Position numbers and translations under genes: made by a program
Shown: positions 50,104-59,682 of the stretch, piece after piece
Numbering within the stretch: the first letter of the stretch is position 1
How the letters are laid out: each line of letters starts with the position of its first letter
Assembly (NCBI GenBank): GCA_025455465.1
Contig: JALOMI010000003.1
Location: 1,730 to 65,729 of the forward strand
Length of the DNA: 64,000 nt
Source: Cyclobacteriaceae bacterium
Lineage (GTDB): Bacteria; Bacteroidota; Bacteroidia; Cytophagales; Cyclobacteriaceae
Direction: 5' to 3'
Notes under the pieces: generated by a model
Told to the model about the DNA's origin: nothing
The model's input: only the letters and a program-made list of their open reading frames with translations
Databases searched by the model: none

Positions 50104-51582
50104 ATGGGCAAAGAAATACCTAGCCGTTCTGAAGATTATTCACTGTGGTACAATGAGTTAGTAAAGAAGGCAGACCTTGCCGAACACTCGGATGTACGGG
50201 GCTGTATGGTCATCAAGCCTTATGGATACAGCATTTGGGAAAAAATGCAACAGGCGCTGGATGCCATGTTCAAGGAAACCGGTCACGTAAACGCATACTT
50301 TCCGCTCTTTGTACCCAAAAGCATGTTTGAAGCGGAGGAACAGAATGCTGAAGGATTTGCGAAAGAATGTGCTATTGTTACCCATTACCGCCTGAAAAAC
50401 GACCCTTCTCAGAAGGGTAAATTGATTGTTGATTCCGAAGCGAAGCTGGAAGAAGAACTGGTGGTTCGCCCAACCAGTGAAGCCATTATCTGGAACACGT
50501 ATAAAAAATGGATTCAGTCTTACCGTGACCTGCCCATCCTGGTAAACCAGTGGGCGAACGTAGTGCGTTGGGAAATGCGCACCCGACTTTTTCTGCGTAC
50601 AGCAGAATTTCTTTGGCAGGAGGGACACACTGCACATTCAACACGCGAAGAAGCTATAGCGGAAACTTTACAGATGCTGGATGTGTATGCTGCTTTTGCC
50701 GAGCAATTCATGGCGATGCCGGTCATCAAAGGAAGAAAAACAGAGGGAGAGAAATTTCCAGGCGCACTGGATACCTATTGTATTGAAGCCATGATGCAGG
50801 ATGGGAAAGCGCTGCAGGCCGGAACTTCCCATTTCCTGGGACAGAATTTTGCAAAAGCCTTCGATGTACAATTTGCCGGGAAAGATGGCAAGCTGGATTA
50901 TGTCTGGGGTACTTCATGGGGTGCTAGCACGCGCCTGATGGGGGCGCTGATTATGGCCCATTCGGATGATGACGGACTTGTGCTTCCACCGAAGCTGGCT
51001 CCCATTCATGTGGTGATTGTACCCATTTTTAGAAATGACGATGAGTTGAAGCGTATCGAAGAAAAAGTAAACTCACTCATTCCAGCGCTGAAGGCAAAGG
51101 GCTTATCCGTGAAATTCGACAAGCGTGATACCCATAAACCCGGTTTCAAGTTTGCTGAGTGGGAGCTGAAGGGCGTGCCCGTTCGCCTTGCCATTGGCCC
51201 GCGTGACCTCGATAACGGAACCATTGAACTTGCACGAAGGGATACCCGTGAAAAACAGGTACTGCGTTTTGAAGCGGTGCCTACAACCGTTCCTGATTTA
51301 CTCGATGATATCCAACGCAATATTTATCAGCGGGCGTTGAAATTCCAAAGTGAACACATTACCCAGGTTGATACATACGATACCTTCAAAAAGGTGCTTG
51401 ATGAAAAAGGGGGGTTTGTTGCCGCACATTGGGATGGCACCATAGAAACAGAGGCAGCCATAAAGGAAGAGACCAAAGCCACCATCCGCTGCATTCCATT
51501 GGATGCCGCTGAGGAAGCCGGTCCATGTATCTACAGTGGAAAGCCGTCCGCCAGACGGGTATTGTTTGCCCGAGCATATTAA
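50104..51582 (+). CDS. proS: Proline--tRNA ligase (archaeal/eukaryote-like type without the insertion editing domain)
   Basis: 492 aa. The sequence begins [30 protein letters not shown]. Class II motifs are present ([26 protein letters not shown]), and the C-terminus ends in Y. Confidence 0.95.
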   Translation: MGKEIPSRSEDYSLWYNELVKKADLAEHSDVRGCMVIKPYGYSIWEKMQQALDAMFKETGHVNAYFPLFVPKSMFEAEEQNAEGFAKECAIVTHYRLKNDPSQKGKLIVDSEAKLEEELVVRPTSEAIIWNTYKKWIQSYRDLPILVNQWANVVRWEMRTRLFLRTAEFLWQEGHTAHSTREEAIAETLQMLDVYAAFAEQFMAMPVIKGRKTEGEKFPGALDTYCIEAMMQDGKALQAGTSHFLGQNFAKAFDVQFAGKDGKLDYVWGTSWGASTRLMGALIMAHSDDDGLVLPPKLAPIHVVIVPIFRNDDELKRIEEKVNSLIPALKAKGLSVKFDKRDTHKPGFKFAEWELKGVPVRLAIGPRDLDNGTIELARRDTREKQVLRFEAVPTTVPDLLDDIQRNIYQRALKFQSEHITQVDTYDTFKKVLDEKGGFVAAHWDGTIETEAAIKEETKATIRCIPLDAAEEAGPCIYSGKPSARRVLFARAY

Positions 51583-51627
51583 TTGAAAATATAAATGGAT
51601 TACCTCCGTTGGGCACGTCCGGTTTCG

Positions 51628-51635
51628 TACTTTTG
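51628..51635 (+). promoter_or_regulatory. Candidate -7 box (TACTTTTG) for nfeD-floA
   Basis: TAnnTTTG match, 23 bp upstream of the ATG at 51658. A TTG lies 16-17 nt upstream. Confidence 0.4.
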
Positions 51636-51657
51636 ACAGCTTTCGTAAAACATCATC

Positions 51658-52122
51658 ATGGGTATTGCTATTGCACTGCTGATTCTGGCCGGCATCGTGT
51701 TACTGATTGTTGAAGTGATTTTTGTGCCAGGTACTACTGTCATTGGAATCATCGGGCTGGCTTTTGTGCTGGCCGGCATCGTGTTCAGCTATAACCATTT
51801 TGGCAGTACCACCGGTAATTATGTAACTGTGGCCACCAGTGTATTTGCATTGATTGCCATTTACCTGAGTTTCCGAAAAGGAGCCTGGAAGAAGTTTTCA
51901 CTATCAACTTCTATTGAAAGTAAGGTGAATGAAGATATGCTTAAGGGTGTTGAAGTTGGCATGGAGGGTATAACTACGTCAGCGCTCCGCCCGATGGGTA
52001 CGGCTGAATTCAATGGCAAGTTGATTGAAGTTACAACCTTGGGAGATTATCTTGCACCAGGCTCTCGCGTAAAGATTTTGCGTGCTGAACCGAATATGAT
52101 TGTTGTCGAACCGTGTAATTAA
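51658..52122 (+). CDS. NfeD-family membrane protein (partner of SPFH/flotillin proteins)
   Basis: Three N-terminal TM helices plus a C-terminal OB-like domain ([29 protein letters not shown]). It lies immediately upstream of floA. Confidence 0.8.
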   Translation: MGIAIALLILAGIVLLIVEVIFVPGTTVIGIIGLAFVLAGIVFSYNHFGSTTGNYVTVATSVFALIAIYLSFRKGAWKKFSLSTSIESKVNEDMLKGVEVGMEGITTSALRPMGTAEFNGKLIEVTTLGDYLAPGSRVKILRAEPNMIVVEPCN

Positions 52123-52135
52123 CCATCAAAATACT

Positions 52136-53128
52136 ATGGAAATGGAAGGCGCTATGTTGCTCTTTATGGTTTTCGCAGGAATTATCCTGTTTTTTATTTT
52201 TCTGTACTTCGTACCCATCAACCTCTGGATTACTGCCATCTTCAGTGGCGTTAAGGTAGGGTTGTTTGAATTGGTGTTCATGCGAATCCGGAAGGTGCCA
52301 CCCCGGGTTATAGTTGAATCATTAATCACAGCAACCAAGGCCGGATTGAAACTCACCTCGGCAGAACTGGAAACACACTACCTGGCAGGAGGAAATGTAC
52401 CCAATGTTATCCGAGCACTCATTTCTGCAGAGAAAGCCAATATTCATACGGATTTCAAGCAGGCCACCGCCATTGACCTGGCCGGACGCGATGTTTTTCA
52501 GGCCGTTCAGATTTCCGTGAACCCGAAGGTGATTACCACTCCCAAGGTGGCAGCGGTAGCCGCGGATGGAATCCAGCTGATTGCCGTGGCCCGTATCACT
52601 GTTCGTGCTAATATCCAGCAGCTGGTGGGTGGTGCCGGTGAAGATACCATTCTAGCCCGTGTGGGTGAGGGTATTGTATCTGCCATTGGTTCGGCTAAAT
52701 CGCATAAGGAAGTACTCGAAAATCCGGATAAGATTTCCAAGCTCGTGTTGTCGCGGGGTCTCGACTCTGGTACGGCTTTCCAGATTTTGTCGATTGATAT
52801 TGCTGATGTGGATGTGGGTGTGAACATTGGTGCCAAACTGCAAATCGATCAGGCCTCTGCCGACCTTAAAGTGGCCGAAGCAAAAGCTGAAGAACGCAGG
52901 GCGATGGCCGTTGCTACGGAGCAGGAAATGAAGGCGAAGGCGCAGGAAGCGCGCGCTAATGTAATTCAGGCTGAAGCAGAAATTCCGAAAGCCATTGCCG
53001 ATTCATTCCGTGCAGGCAACCTGGGTGTAATGGATTATTACCGCATGCAAAACATTCAGGCAGACACCGGCATGCGCCAGTCGATTTCTGATTCCGGAAA
53101 AGGACAAAATGCACCGAAGAAAGATTAA
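52136..53128 (+). CDS. floA: Flotillin-like protein FloA (SPFH domain, UPF0365/YqfA family)
   Basis: I start it at the ATG at 52136. The sequence reads [31 protein letters not shown] ... [23 protein letters not shown] ... an Ala/Glu-rich coiled coil ... [13 protein letters not shown]. Confidence 0.85.
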   Translation: MEMEGAMLLFMVFAGIILFFIFLYFVPINLWITAIFSGVKVGLFELVFMRIRKVPPRVIVESLITATKAGLKLTSAELETHYLAGGNVPNVIRALISAEKANIHTDFKQATAIDLAGRDVFQAVQISVNPKVITTPKVAAVAADGIQLIAVARITVRANIQQLVGGAGEDTILARVGEGIVSAIGSAKSHKEVLENPDKISKLVLSRGLDSGTAFQILSIDIADVDVGVNIGAKLQIDQASADLKVAEAKAEERRAMAVATEQEMKAKAQEARANVIQAEAEIPKAIADSFRAGNLGVMDYYRMQNIQADTGMRQSISDSGKGQNAPKKD

Positions 53129-53147
53129 TCGGGTAGCAGGAAAAAAT

Positions 53148-53171
53148 AAAAGGGGCCATCGAGCCCCTTTT
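53148..53171. terminator. Bidirectional hairpin terminator between the convergent floA and WG-repeat genes
   Basis: AAAAGGGGC / GCCCCTTTT stem with a CATCGA loop. A/T runs on both sides allow it to work on either strand. Confidence 0.6.
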
Positions 53172-53176
53172 TCATT

Positions 53177-55297
53177 TTAGTTAAGGGATAATTCCTGTAA
53201 TGGTTTGCTGATCATGCCCAGGTATTGATCAGTATCGGTTACCGTAATCAAGTTGTCGTAAATGCTGGGAATAACATTGATGCCTTGCAGAGTGAGTAAT
53301 CCGTATTTGCCCTGTTGTTTTACCAGCACATTACCATTGTTCAGGTCAGTTAATGACTCATAACGCGGCTGAATCAGCACGTTGCCTTGCTTGTCAGCAA
53401 GGCCCCAGTTATTTCCCAAAGCAATCAGCATCCGGTCATTGTCCTGTAGTTTTAACTGGTCGAACCGGTATTCCAGTACGACACGGCCTTCGTTGTCAAT
53501 GATTCCGTATTTACCGGATTGTCTCACCACGCTTAAACCGTTATTAAAAGGAGTAACGGATTCAAACATGGGGTTGATCACGACTTTGTCTTCTTTGCTG
53601 ATGAATCCCCATTTACCGAGAATCATCACAGCTGCCATGCCTTCCTGAAAATTCATGGCGTCTTCATACCGGTTCGCAATGCGGAGGCGGCTTAATTCAT
53701 CAATGAAACCTGCACGCCCGTTGCGGATGATTTTCCGGTAGCCTTCGGAAGAAGCAAAGATTTTGTCAGCGGCCTGTGCTGCCGGATATTCACGATGGAT
53801 GATCTGACCGTTCAGATTGAGGGTCCATTGCCCTCCATTAGCAACAGGTTCTCGCAGCAACTCACCCTCAACAAGCAGGGGATTGGTAGTAAAATACAAG
53901 GTGTTCCCGTTGATGGATTTCAGAAAAGTGAGCGAACCGTTGTATTCAAAATATCGGTCTTGGTTAATCAACTTCAGGCGGTAAGGCTGGGGAGTAACCA
54001 GCCAGTGTTCCTGTTGGTTGATGATGCCGTAACGGCCTTTGAATTTGACAACCATCAGTTGCTCTTTGATCTCCATCACGCTGTCGTAAGTGCAGGCTAT
54101 AAATTCTTTCCCCTGCTTATTCATCCCGCCCTGAAATCCATTTTTGCTGACGATAAATAATTCATCGTTGGCCGGAGTAATCGCATCGTAGCTCCTATCG
54201 GTCAATTGTCTGCCGTAACTGTCAAAGAGAAAGCAGGAACGGTTGCTTCCTGTTTGTGAGCAGGCGATGATGTTGTTTTCATACAACTGAATATGGTCAT
54301 ACAGTGCCGGCATCAGTAGGGTACCATCTTTTTTAAGAATACCGTAACGATTATTGATCTTGACTTCAGTGAGGTCTCCGTGGAAGGATCCTATCCATTG
54401 ACAGGATTGGCTCCCAATCGGGGCGAGGTTGTTGTCCATCAGCCGCGTTCCGCTGGCGGTAGTCATTTTATAACGATCCGGGGCAATAGCTATGATGGAG
54501 TCTGCCTGTAGTTTTCGGATGACGGTATATTGTCCGTTGATAATGTTCCATTCGTTGGGCATGCGCGCCATGAATTTCCCGTCCTTGCGAATAATTTCGC
54601 GGTAATTAGCCTGGTGTATAATTTTTCCTTCACGGTCAATAAGCCCTTGATTTCCGTCCTGGTAAATCACCGCGTAGTCGTTAACCATGGCAGCGATGCT
54701 GTCGATGATAAATGGTGTAACCAATTTTCCGCTTTCGTTTATCAGCGCTGTTTTGTTGTCGAAATTCTGAACAGCATACCGAAGGCTTCCGAGCGGGTAG
54801 ATGTTCTGATAAACAGCTGGAAGAATCAGCTTATTTGAAAGATCGAGCAATCCGTATTTCATTTGATTGCCGTCAAGCACCCATACGATGGCCTGCATGG
54901 TATGCAGCTTCAGGCCGTTGTACTTAAACGGAATGATAGTTTTGCCGGCAGTATCCATCAAGCCGAACGAAATCCGCAGTGTTAATGGTGATCGTTTAGA
55001 GGCGATAATCCACTGTGATCCTCCCGGCACCAGTGAAAAATATTCGGCCGGTGTAATGACCTGATTGCCGATGGTAACAAGGCCCCACTGATCGTCTTTA
55101 CGGTAACCGATTACTTTATTGATTAATTTGAACTCACCCTCGCTCCAGCCGAGCATATCATATTCAGCCGGAATAACAATTTCTCCCTGCGTGTCTTTCA
55201 GGCCGTATTTATCCCCTTCCTGAAAAACGGAGTAATTATCTGCACGGCCTAAAAAGTTGCCGAACATGATGAAAAGCCCAACTAAAAAATACCTCAT
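53177..55297 (-). CDS. WG-repeat (KWG-type) containing secreted protein
   Basis: I start it at the ATG at 55297 (MRYFLVGLFIMFGNFLGRA). At least 15 repeats of the pattern (K/R)(Y/W)G(L/I/F)(I/L)D..G..(V/I)IP..YD are visible along the whole length. Confidence 0.8.
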   Translation of the reverse strand: MRYFLVGLFIMFGNFLGRADNYSVFQEGDKYGLKDTQGEIVIPAEYDMLGWSEGEFKLINKVIGYRKDDQWGLVTIGNQVITPAEYFSLVPGGSQWIIASKRSPLTLRISFGLMDTAGKTIIPFKYNGLKLHTMQAIVWVLDGNQMKYGLLDLSNKLILPAVYQNIYPLGSLRYAVQNFDNKTALINESGKLVTPFIIDSIAAMVNDYAVIYQDGNQGLIDREGKIIHQANYREIIRKDGKFMARMPNEWNIINGQYTVIRKLQADSIIAIAPDRYKMTTASGTRLMDNNLAPIGSQSCQWIGSFHGDLTEVKINNRYGILKKDGTLLMPALYDHIQLYENNIIACSQTGSNRSCFLFDSYGRQLTDRSYDAITPANDELFIVSKNGFQGGMNKQGKEFIACTYDSVMEIKEQLMVVKFKGRYGIINQQEHWLVTPQPYRLKLINQDRYFEYNGSLTFLKSINGNTLYFTTNPLLVEGELLREPVANGGQWTLNLNGQIIHREYPAAQAADKIFASSEGYRKIIRNGRAGFIDELSRLRIANRYEDAMNFQEGMAAVMILGKWGFISKEDKVVINPMFESVTPFNNGLSVVRQSGKYGIIDNEGRVVLEYRFDQLKLQDNDRMLIALGNNWGLADKQGNVLIQPRYESLTDLNNGNVLVKQQGKYGLLTLQGINVIPSIYDNLITVTDTDQYLGMISKPLQELSLN

Positions 55298-55340
55298 AAA
55301 CAACAAAGATAGAGGGAGGCAGTAATCCGAATCGTGTTTG

Positions 55341-55952
55341 TTACGACTTTTTATTACGAGCCTGCAGAAACCGGGCAAGATCTTCCGGTGTATCGAGATC
55401 GATTTCTCCTCCGGTCAGGGAAACAGTTTTGACTTCAGACAGGTGCTGATGAATGATGGATTTGGCACCCTGTTCCGGATTTAACAAGAGTAATTGATCA
55501 ACGTACGACTTACCGAAAACAGCCGGTACACCAATACTATTATCATACTGTGAAACCACCAGTTGTGCTCCTGATTCAATGCATGTATGCAACAGTTTAT
55601 TTAAGTGTGCAGTAGTTACATGCGGCTGATCACAAACCATTACCAAAATACCGTCAACGGGATCTCCACTATTCAGAACACTTTTTACTCCATAGGTCAA
55701 CGAACTGCCCATACCCAGTTGAAAATGTTCATTAATAACAAGGCTAACAGGTAAGGACTTCAATAACTCAGTTGCCCGTTCAGCCTGATTACCCAGTACG
55801 ACCCAGGTCCGGAAAGCTTTACTTTTTATTGCAGCAGTGGCACTGCGTGTCAACAACGAATTTCCCTGAATCGTAAGAAATTGTTTTGGTTGGCCCATGC
55901 GGGATGAAAGTCCGGCAGCCAGCAGGAGAATATGAAAATGAGTTGTTTGCAT
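55341..55952 (-). CDS. MocA/MobA-like nucleotidyltransferase (molybdenum cofactor cytidylyltransferase-like)
   Basis: The N-terminal ILLLAAGLSSRMGQPKQFL motif belongs to the NTP_transf_3 family, and VCDQP follows later. At 203 aa the size fits. Mo-hydroxylase genes lie 4 kb away. Confidence 0.7.
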   Translation of the reverse strand: MQTTHFHILLLAAGLSSRMGQPKQFLTIQGNSLLTRSATAAIKSKAFRTWVVLGNQAERATELLKSLPVSLVINEHFQLGMGSSLTYGVKSVLNSGDPVDGILVMVCDQPHVTTAHLNKLLHTCIESGAQLVVSQYDNSIGVPAVFGKSYVDQLLLLNPEQGAKSIIHQHLSEVKTVSLTGGEIDLDTPEDLARFLQARNKKS

Positions 55953-56077
55953 GAAGTTAAGTTCCCTGATCGGGCTCTGTAAAGTTAGGGAGTGGGAGTT
56001 AGTCGAAAAAAAATCTCTTCAACCGACTTAAGATCAGTGATTACACCGTGATCATGTACATTTACGGTTGGTCTTAT

Positions 56078-58684
56078 ATGACTCACCGGAATCTGTTCAC
56101 GATTGCAACCTTGCTGCTGGCTGTTACTTTTCATAGTATGGCTCAGCAGCCCCATTCCCCAATGCGTATTGAGTCACAGTTGCTTCAGGAAAGCAGGCTT
56201 CCCGACCTGTATCTGCTGACGAATGACTCAACAGCATTTCGTCATTGGGTAAATCAACAGCCTGTTGTAGTTCCCTGGATCTATGAAGGCAGGGGCATTT
56301 ATCGTATACTGGCTGAAGCCAATTGGTCATCAGAAACACTGAAACGAATTCCGGGAGTTTCGGCCGTTGATAGGGCCGGGAGAAAACCTCAGGAAGAAAT
56401 TGTACTGGGTAATTTTGATCAGACCGTCAATGCGGTTACGAGCGTTGCTGCCCATTATCCTGGGACTAACGGAATGGACCGCACCCTTTCGGTAAAAGAG
56501 AAACCCTTTGATATCAGCGACCTTGATTTAAGCGGAAGAATAATCTTAAACAGTCAGTTTGATGAGCCGGCCACGCCCCATGCAACCTTTATGGCAACTA
56601 TTGCGGCAGGAGCCGGCAACACATCACCCTATGCGCGTGGTGCTGCCTGGGCTGCATCAATAACCACTTCTGATTTCGACCGTCTCTTACCCGATAATGG
56701 TAATGAACTCTCGTTGCTTAATGTGTCTGTGCAAAATCATTCCTATGGTGTTGGCCTTGAAAATTATTACGGAGTTGAATCGTTTGCCTATGACCGCCAG
56801 GGAATTGAGTATCCTGAAATACTGCATGTGTTTTCTTCAGGTAATCGTGGTACAAGCACACCTGCTGATGGAGCTTATGCCGGAGTAACCGGCTTTGCCA
56901 ATCTTACCGGGCAGTTTAAGGTTTCAAAAAACACCATAGCGGTTGGATCCGCTGACCGGTTCGGAGAAGTGGTGCCCCTGAGTTCACGCGGACCAGCTCA
57001 TGACGGGCGGATCAAGCCGGAGTTGATCGCTTACGGTGATGCCGGTTCTTCCGAAGCAGCGGCTATTGTATCCGGAATTTCTTTGCTGATACAGCAGCAG
57101 TATGAGCAAAAGTTTAATGCATTTCCGGATGTCGCATTGCTAAAAGCCATTCTGATCAACAGTGCACAGGATACAGGCCGCCCGCATGTCGACTATGAAA
57201 CCGGTTTTGGTAATGCTGATGCGTTGGAAGCGCTTAAAACCGTGAATGCCGGAAATTTCTTTAGCGGCATCGCAGGCCCGGGAGATGAACTGATTTTTCC
57301 AATCGTTGTCAGCGAAGGCAACCATCAGTTAAAAGTGACTTTGGTGTGGGCTGACCCTCCGGCCGATCCGCTATCCGATAAAGCTTTGGTGAATGATCTC
57401 GATTTGACCATTGTGCAAACTTCTTCGCAGGAAGTCTGGGAACCCTGGGTCTTAAATCCAACCCCTTCTGTAACTGCATTGAAGGAGGATGCCGTACGCG
57501 GTAAAGACCGATTGAATAATGTCGAGCAAATTACGATAGATGATCCGCAGGCCGGTGTATACGAGATTAAGGTGAGTGGGTACAATATGAAAACGGTGCA
57601 GCAGAAATTTCATATTGTTTATCAGACCATGGCAACAGGCTTTGAGTGGCGATACCCTTTACATACGGATGCTTTGCGTTCAGACGAGAAAAATATTTTG
57701 CGGTGGCGATGGGCCGGTAAAGAAGCGGTTGGTTCAATCTTTTACAAGATGGAATCCGATGCTGAATGGCAATTGGTTGGAGAAAATATTTCAGTGAAGC
57801 AAAATTACGTTGAGTGGAATGCACCAGAAGAACAAGGGTTGATTCAGTTCCGGATGAAGGTGGCAGGAAATAACTACGATACTGATCCGGTAGCAATTAC
57901 AAAACCGGAACGGCTTAAGGTAGGCTATAATTGCGATGAAGACGTCATGTTGGTGTGGCGGAAATTGCAAGGAGCCACTCATTATTCGGTCTATCAATTA
58001 GGTGAAAAATATCTCGAACCGCTTATGATCACCACAGATACATTTTTGATTGTCAGTAAAGCTGAGATGTTGTCTGATTACTTTTCCTTTGCACCGGTGT
58101 TTGGTGAAAGCACTGGCTACCGTGAATCGTTAATAAATTATAATTTACAGGGTACCGAATGCTATTTTATCAGTGTACTTCCACGTCACTACGTTACCGA
58201 TTCGGAGGTGTTGGTGGATGTGTTGCTGGGCACTGTATATAACCTGAAAGAAGCAACCTTTGAACGCTGGAATGGCGTTGATTTTTTGCCTGTCAGGAAA
58301 CTTCAGCCGGTAACAAGCAATCGCTTTACGATGCAGGATCCATTACCATTAACAGGAACGTATCCGTATCGCGTTAAGCTGGAGACACAATCGGGTCTTG
58401 CCGTTTTTAGTGATGAAGTTCGCATCACCTATGTGTCAGAAACAAATGTATTTGTTTATCCTAATCCGCTGTACGGCAATGAAACTGTAAGTATTGTCAT
58501 TGACGATGACGGAGAAGCACGCATCCAATTAGTGGATCTCAACGGACGGGTATTGCGTGAAGTCCTTGACTCCGGACCTGAAAAAACCATTGATACGGCC
58601 GGACTTCCCGCTGGATCTTACCTGCTGCGTATTTACAGAAGGAACGGCCAGGTTGATACTCAGAAACTCATTGTCGTTAAATAA
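56078..58684 (+). CDS. Secreted subtilisin-like (S8) peptidase with a T9SS C-terminal sorting domain
   Basis: I start it at the ATG at 56078 (MTHRNLFTIATLLLAVTFHSMAQ); GTG 56048 and ATG 56054 are alternatives. S8 motifs are present: His (PHATFMATIAAGAG), Asn (NHSYG) and Ser (GSSEAAAIVSG). The sorting domain covers the last 78 aa, 58448-58681 (VYPNPLYGN...GSYLLRIY...LIVVK). Confidence 0.85.
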   Translation: MTHRNLFTIATLLLAVTFHSMAQQPHSPMRIESQLLQESRLPDLYLLTNDSTAFRHWVNQQPVVVPWIYEGRGIYRILAEANWSSETLKRIPGVSAVDRAGRKPQEEIVLGNFDQTVNAVTSVAAHYPGTNGMDRTLSVKEKPFDISDLDLSGRIILNSQFDEPATPHATFMATIAAGAGNTSPYARGAAWAASITTSDFDRLLPDNGNELSLLNVSVQNHSYGVGLENYYGVESFAYDRQGIEYPEILHVFSSGNRGTSTPADGAYAGVTGFANLTGQFKVSKNTIAVGSADRFGEVVPLSSRGPAHDGRIKPELIAYGDAGSSEAAAIVSGISLLIQQQYEQKFNAFPDVALLKAILINSAQDTGRPHVDYETGFGNADALEALKTVNAGNFFSGIAGPGDELIFPIVVSEGNHQLKVTLVWADPPADPLSDKALVNDLDLTIVQTSSQEVWEPWVLNPTPSVTALKEDAVRGKDRLNNVEQITIDDPQAGVYEIKVSGYNMKTVQQKFHIVYQTMATGFEWRYPLHTDALRSDEKNILRWRWAGKEAVGSIFYKMESDAEWQLVGENISVKQNYVEWNAPEEQGLIQFRMKVAGNNYDTDPVAITKPERLKVGYNCDEDVMLVWRKLQGATHYSVYQLGEKYLEPLMITTDTFLIVSKAEMLSDYFSFAPVFGESTGYRESLINYNLQGTECYFISVLPRHYVTDSEVLVDVLLGTVYNLKEATFERWNGVDFLPVRKLQPVTSNRFTMQDPLPLTGTYPYRVKLETQSGLAVFSDEVRITYVSETNVFVYPNPLYGNETVSIVIDDDGEARIQLVDLNGRVLREVLDSGPEKTIDTAGLPAGSYLLRIYRRNGQVDTQKLIVVK

Positions 58685-58710
58685 AAAATGCCGGACGCTG
58701 CCGGCATTTT
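58684..58710. terminator. Bidirectional hairpin terminator between the convergent S8 and M57 peptidase genes
   Basis: AAAAATGCCGG / CCGGCATTTT stem (58685-58694 / 58701-58710) around a 6-nt loop, with flanking A/T runs. Confidence 0.65.
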
Positions 58711-58728
58711 CTTTAAGTAACTATTCTC

Positions 58729-59514
58729 TCAATACAGATAGTTCAGAGCTGTTTTGTCATTGTTATTAAAAGGACGATCTGTCGTGCTGCTTAAGCAAGC
58801 CAGCATCCATGAAGCGGCATCAGGGCCGGTTGGAGTGCCGGGAATATGTACGGCACCAACACCGGTGGTAGCCTGACCTTCGTTGCCACCGGTACCGCAG
58901 CTGTAAGCACGGTTCATATAGTCGGTGTGGCGGAAACCAATGCAATGTCCTATTTCATGGGCAATAACCGTGGTCATAAAACCTAAGCTATAATTGGTGT
59001 AGGTTCTGGCATAGCTGATTGTTGGATAAGGATTGCCGTTGCTCGGAAAACCGGCAGAGGCGATGTATTGACCGGTATTCACCACGCTGATATTGATATT
59101 GCCATTGCTGGGAACCCGAGTAAAGGTAATGCCCAAATTTTCGGCATTGTAACGTGCGATTGCGGCATTAACCGCATTCGACAAGGCTGTCGTTACATTT
59201 CTTCCACTGGTGCTTATGGTTATGGTACGGGGACCATTAACCAGATTAAATGTGTGGTACTGTTCAACTTCGGCAATGCGCAGGGTTTTTGCATCGGGTC
59301 TGCCTACCAGGTCGTGGTCGTGCAGGAGAATATCTCCTTCCACCAGGTAGCCGCCATCGGTGCGGATAACATTATCGGTGTTGAAACCAAGATTTCGGAT
59401 CTGGGTGAGTGTGGTATCCGAAATTTCTTCCTGCTGTACCGACTCGGTGACTTCACAGGAGACAAGCGCAACCACTGTAAAGAGTGTTGCCATAGCAATC
59501 AGTTTTCTGCTCAT
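58729..59514 (-). CDS. Zinc metallopeptidase lipoprotein with a HEIGH motif (M57 'dual-action HEIGH' family-like)
   Basis: Lipobox VVALVSC. The zinc site is VIAHEIGHCIGFRHTD. Confidence 0.8.
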   Translation of the reverse strand: MSRKLIAMATLFTVVALVSCEVTESVQQEEISDTTLTQIRNLGFNTDNVIRTDGGYLVEGDILLHDHDLVGRPDAKTLRIAEVEQYHTFNLVNGPRTITISTSGRNVTTALSNAVNAAIARYNAENLGITFTRVPSNGNINISVVNTGQYIASAGFPSNGNPYPTISYARTYTNYSLGFMTTVIAHEIGHCIGFRHTDYMNRAYSCGTGGNEGQATTGVGAVHIPGTPTGPDAASWMLACLSSTTDRPFNNNDKTALNYLY

Positions 59515-59591
59515 AGGTATAAAAATGGTTTAGGTAATTGAGGCGAATGTAAACAAAAGCCGGTACAAAAAGCTGTACCTGGGTCAAGATC

Positions 59592-59629
59592 AAAAAGAAA
59601 ATTCCGGCCAGTTGACACCAGCCGGAATT
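59592..59629 (-). terminator. Rho-independent terminator after the Mo-hydroxylase operon
   Basis: 9-bp stem AATTCCGGC (59600-59608) / GCCGGAATT (59621-59629), followed on the minus strand by TTCTTTTTG. Confidence 0.6.
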
Positions 59630-59682
59630 AAGTTTTGTTTATAACCGCTCAAAAAAGGGCTTATGAACGGGTTATTGTTGTA

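Noticed and set aside
59555-59585. Second small hairpin (GGTACA/TGTACC) upstream of the M57 peptidase gene, considered as an attenuator or second terminator.
   Set aside because: - The stem is only 6 bp.
- It has no clear T-tract in the relevant orientation.
- It is indistinguishable from chance.
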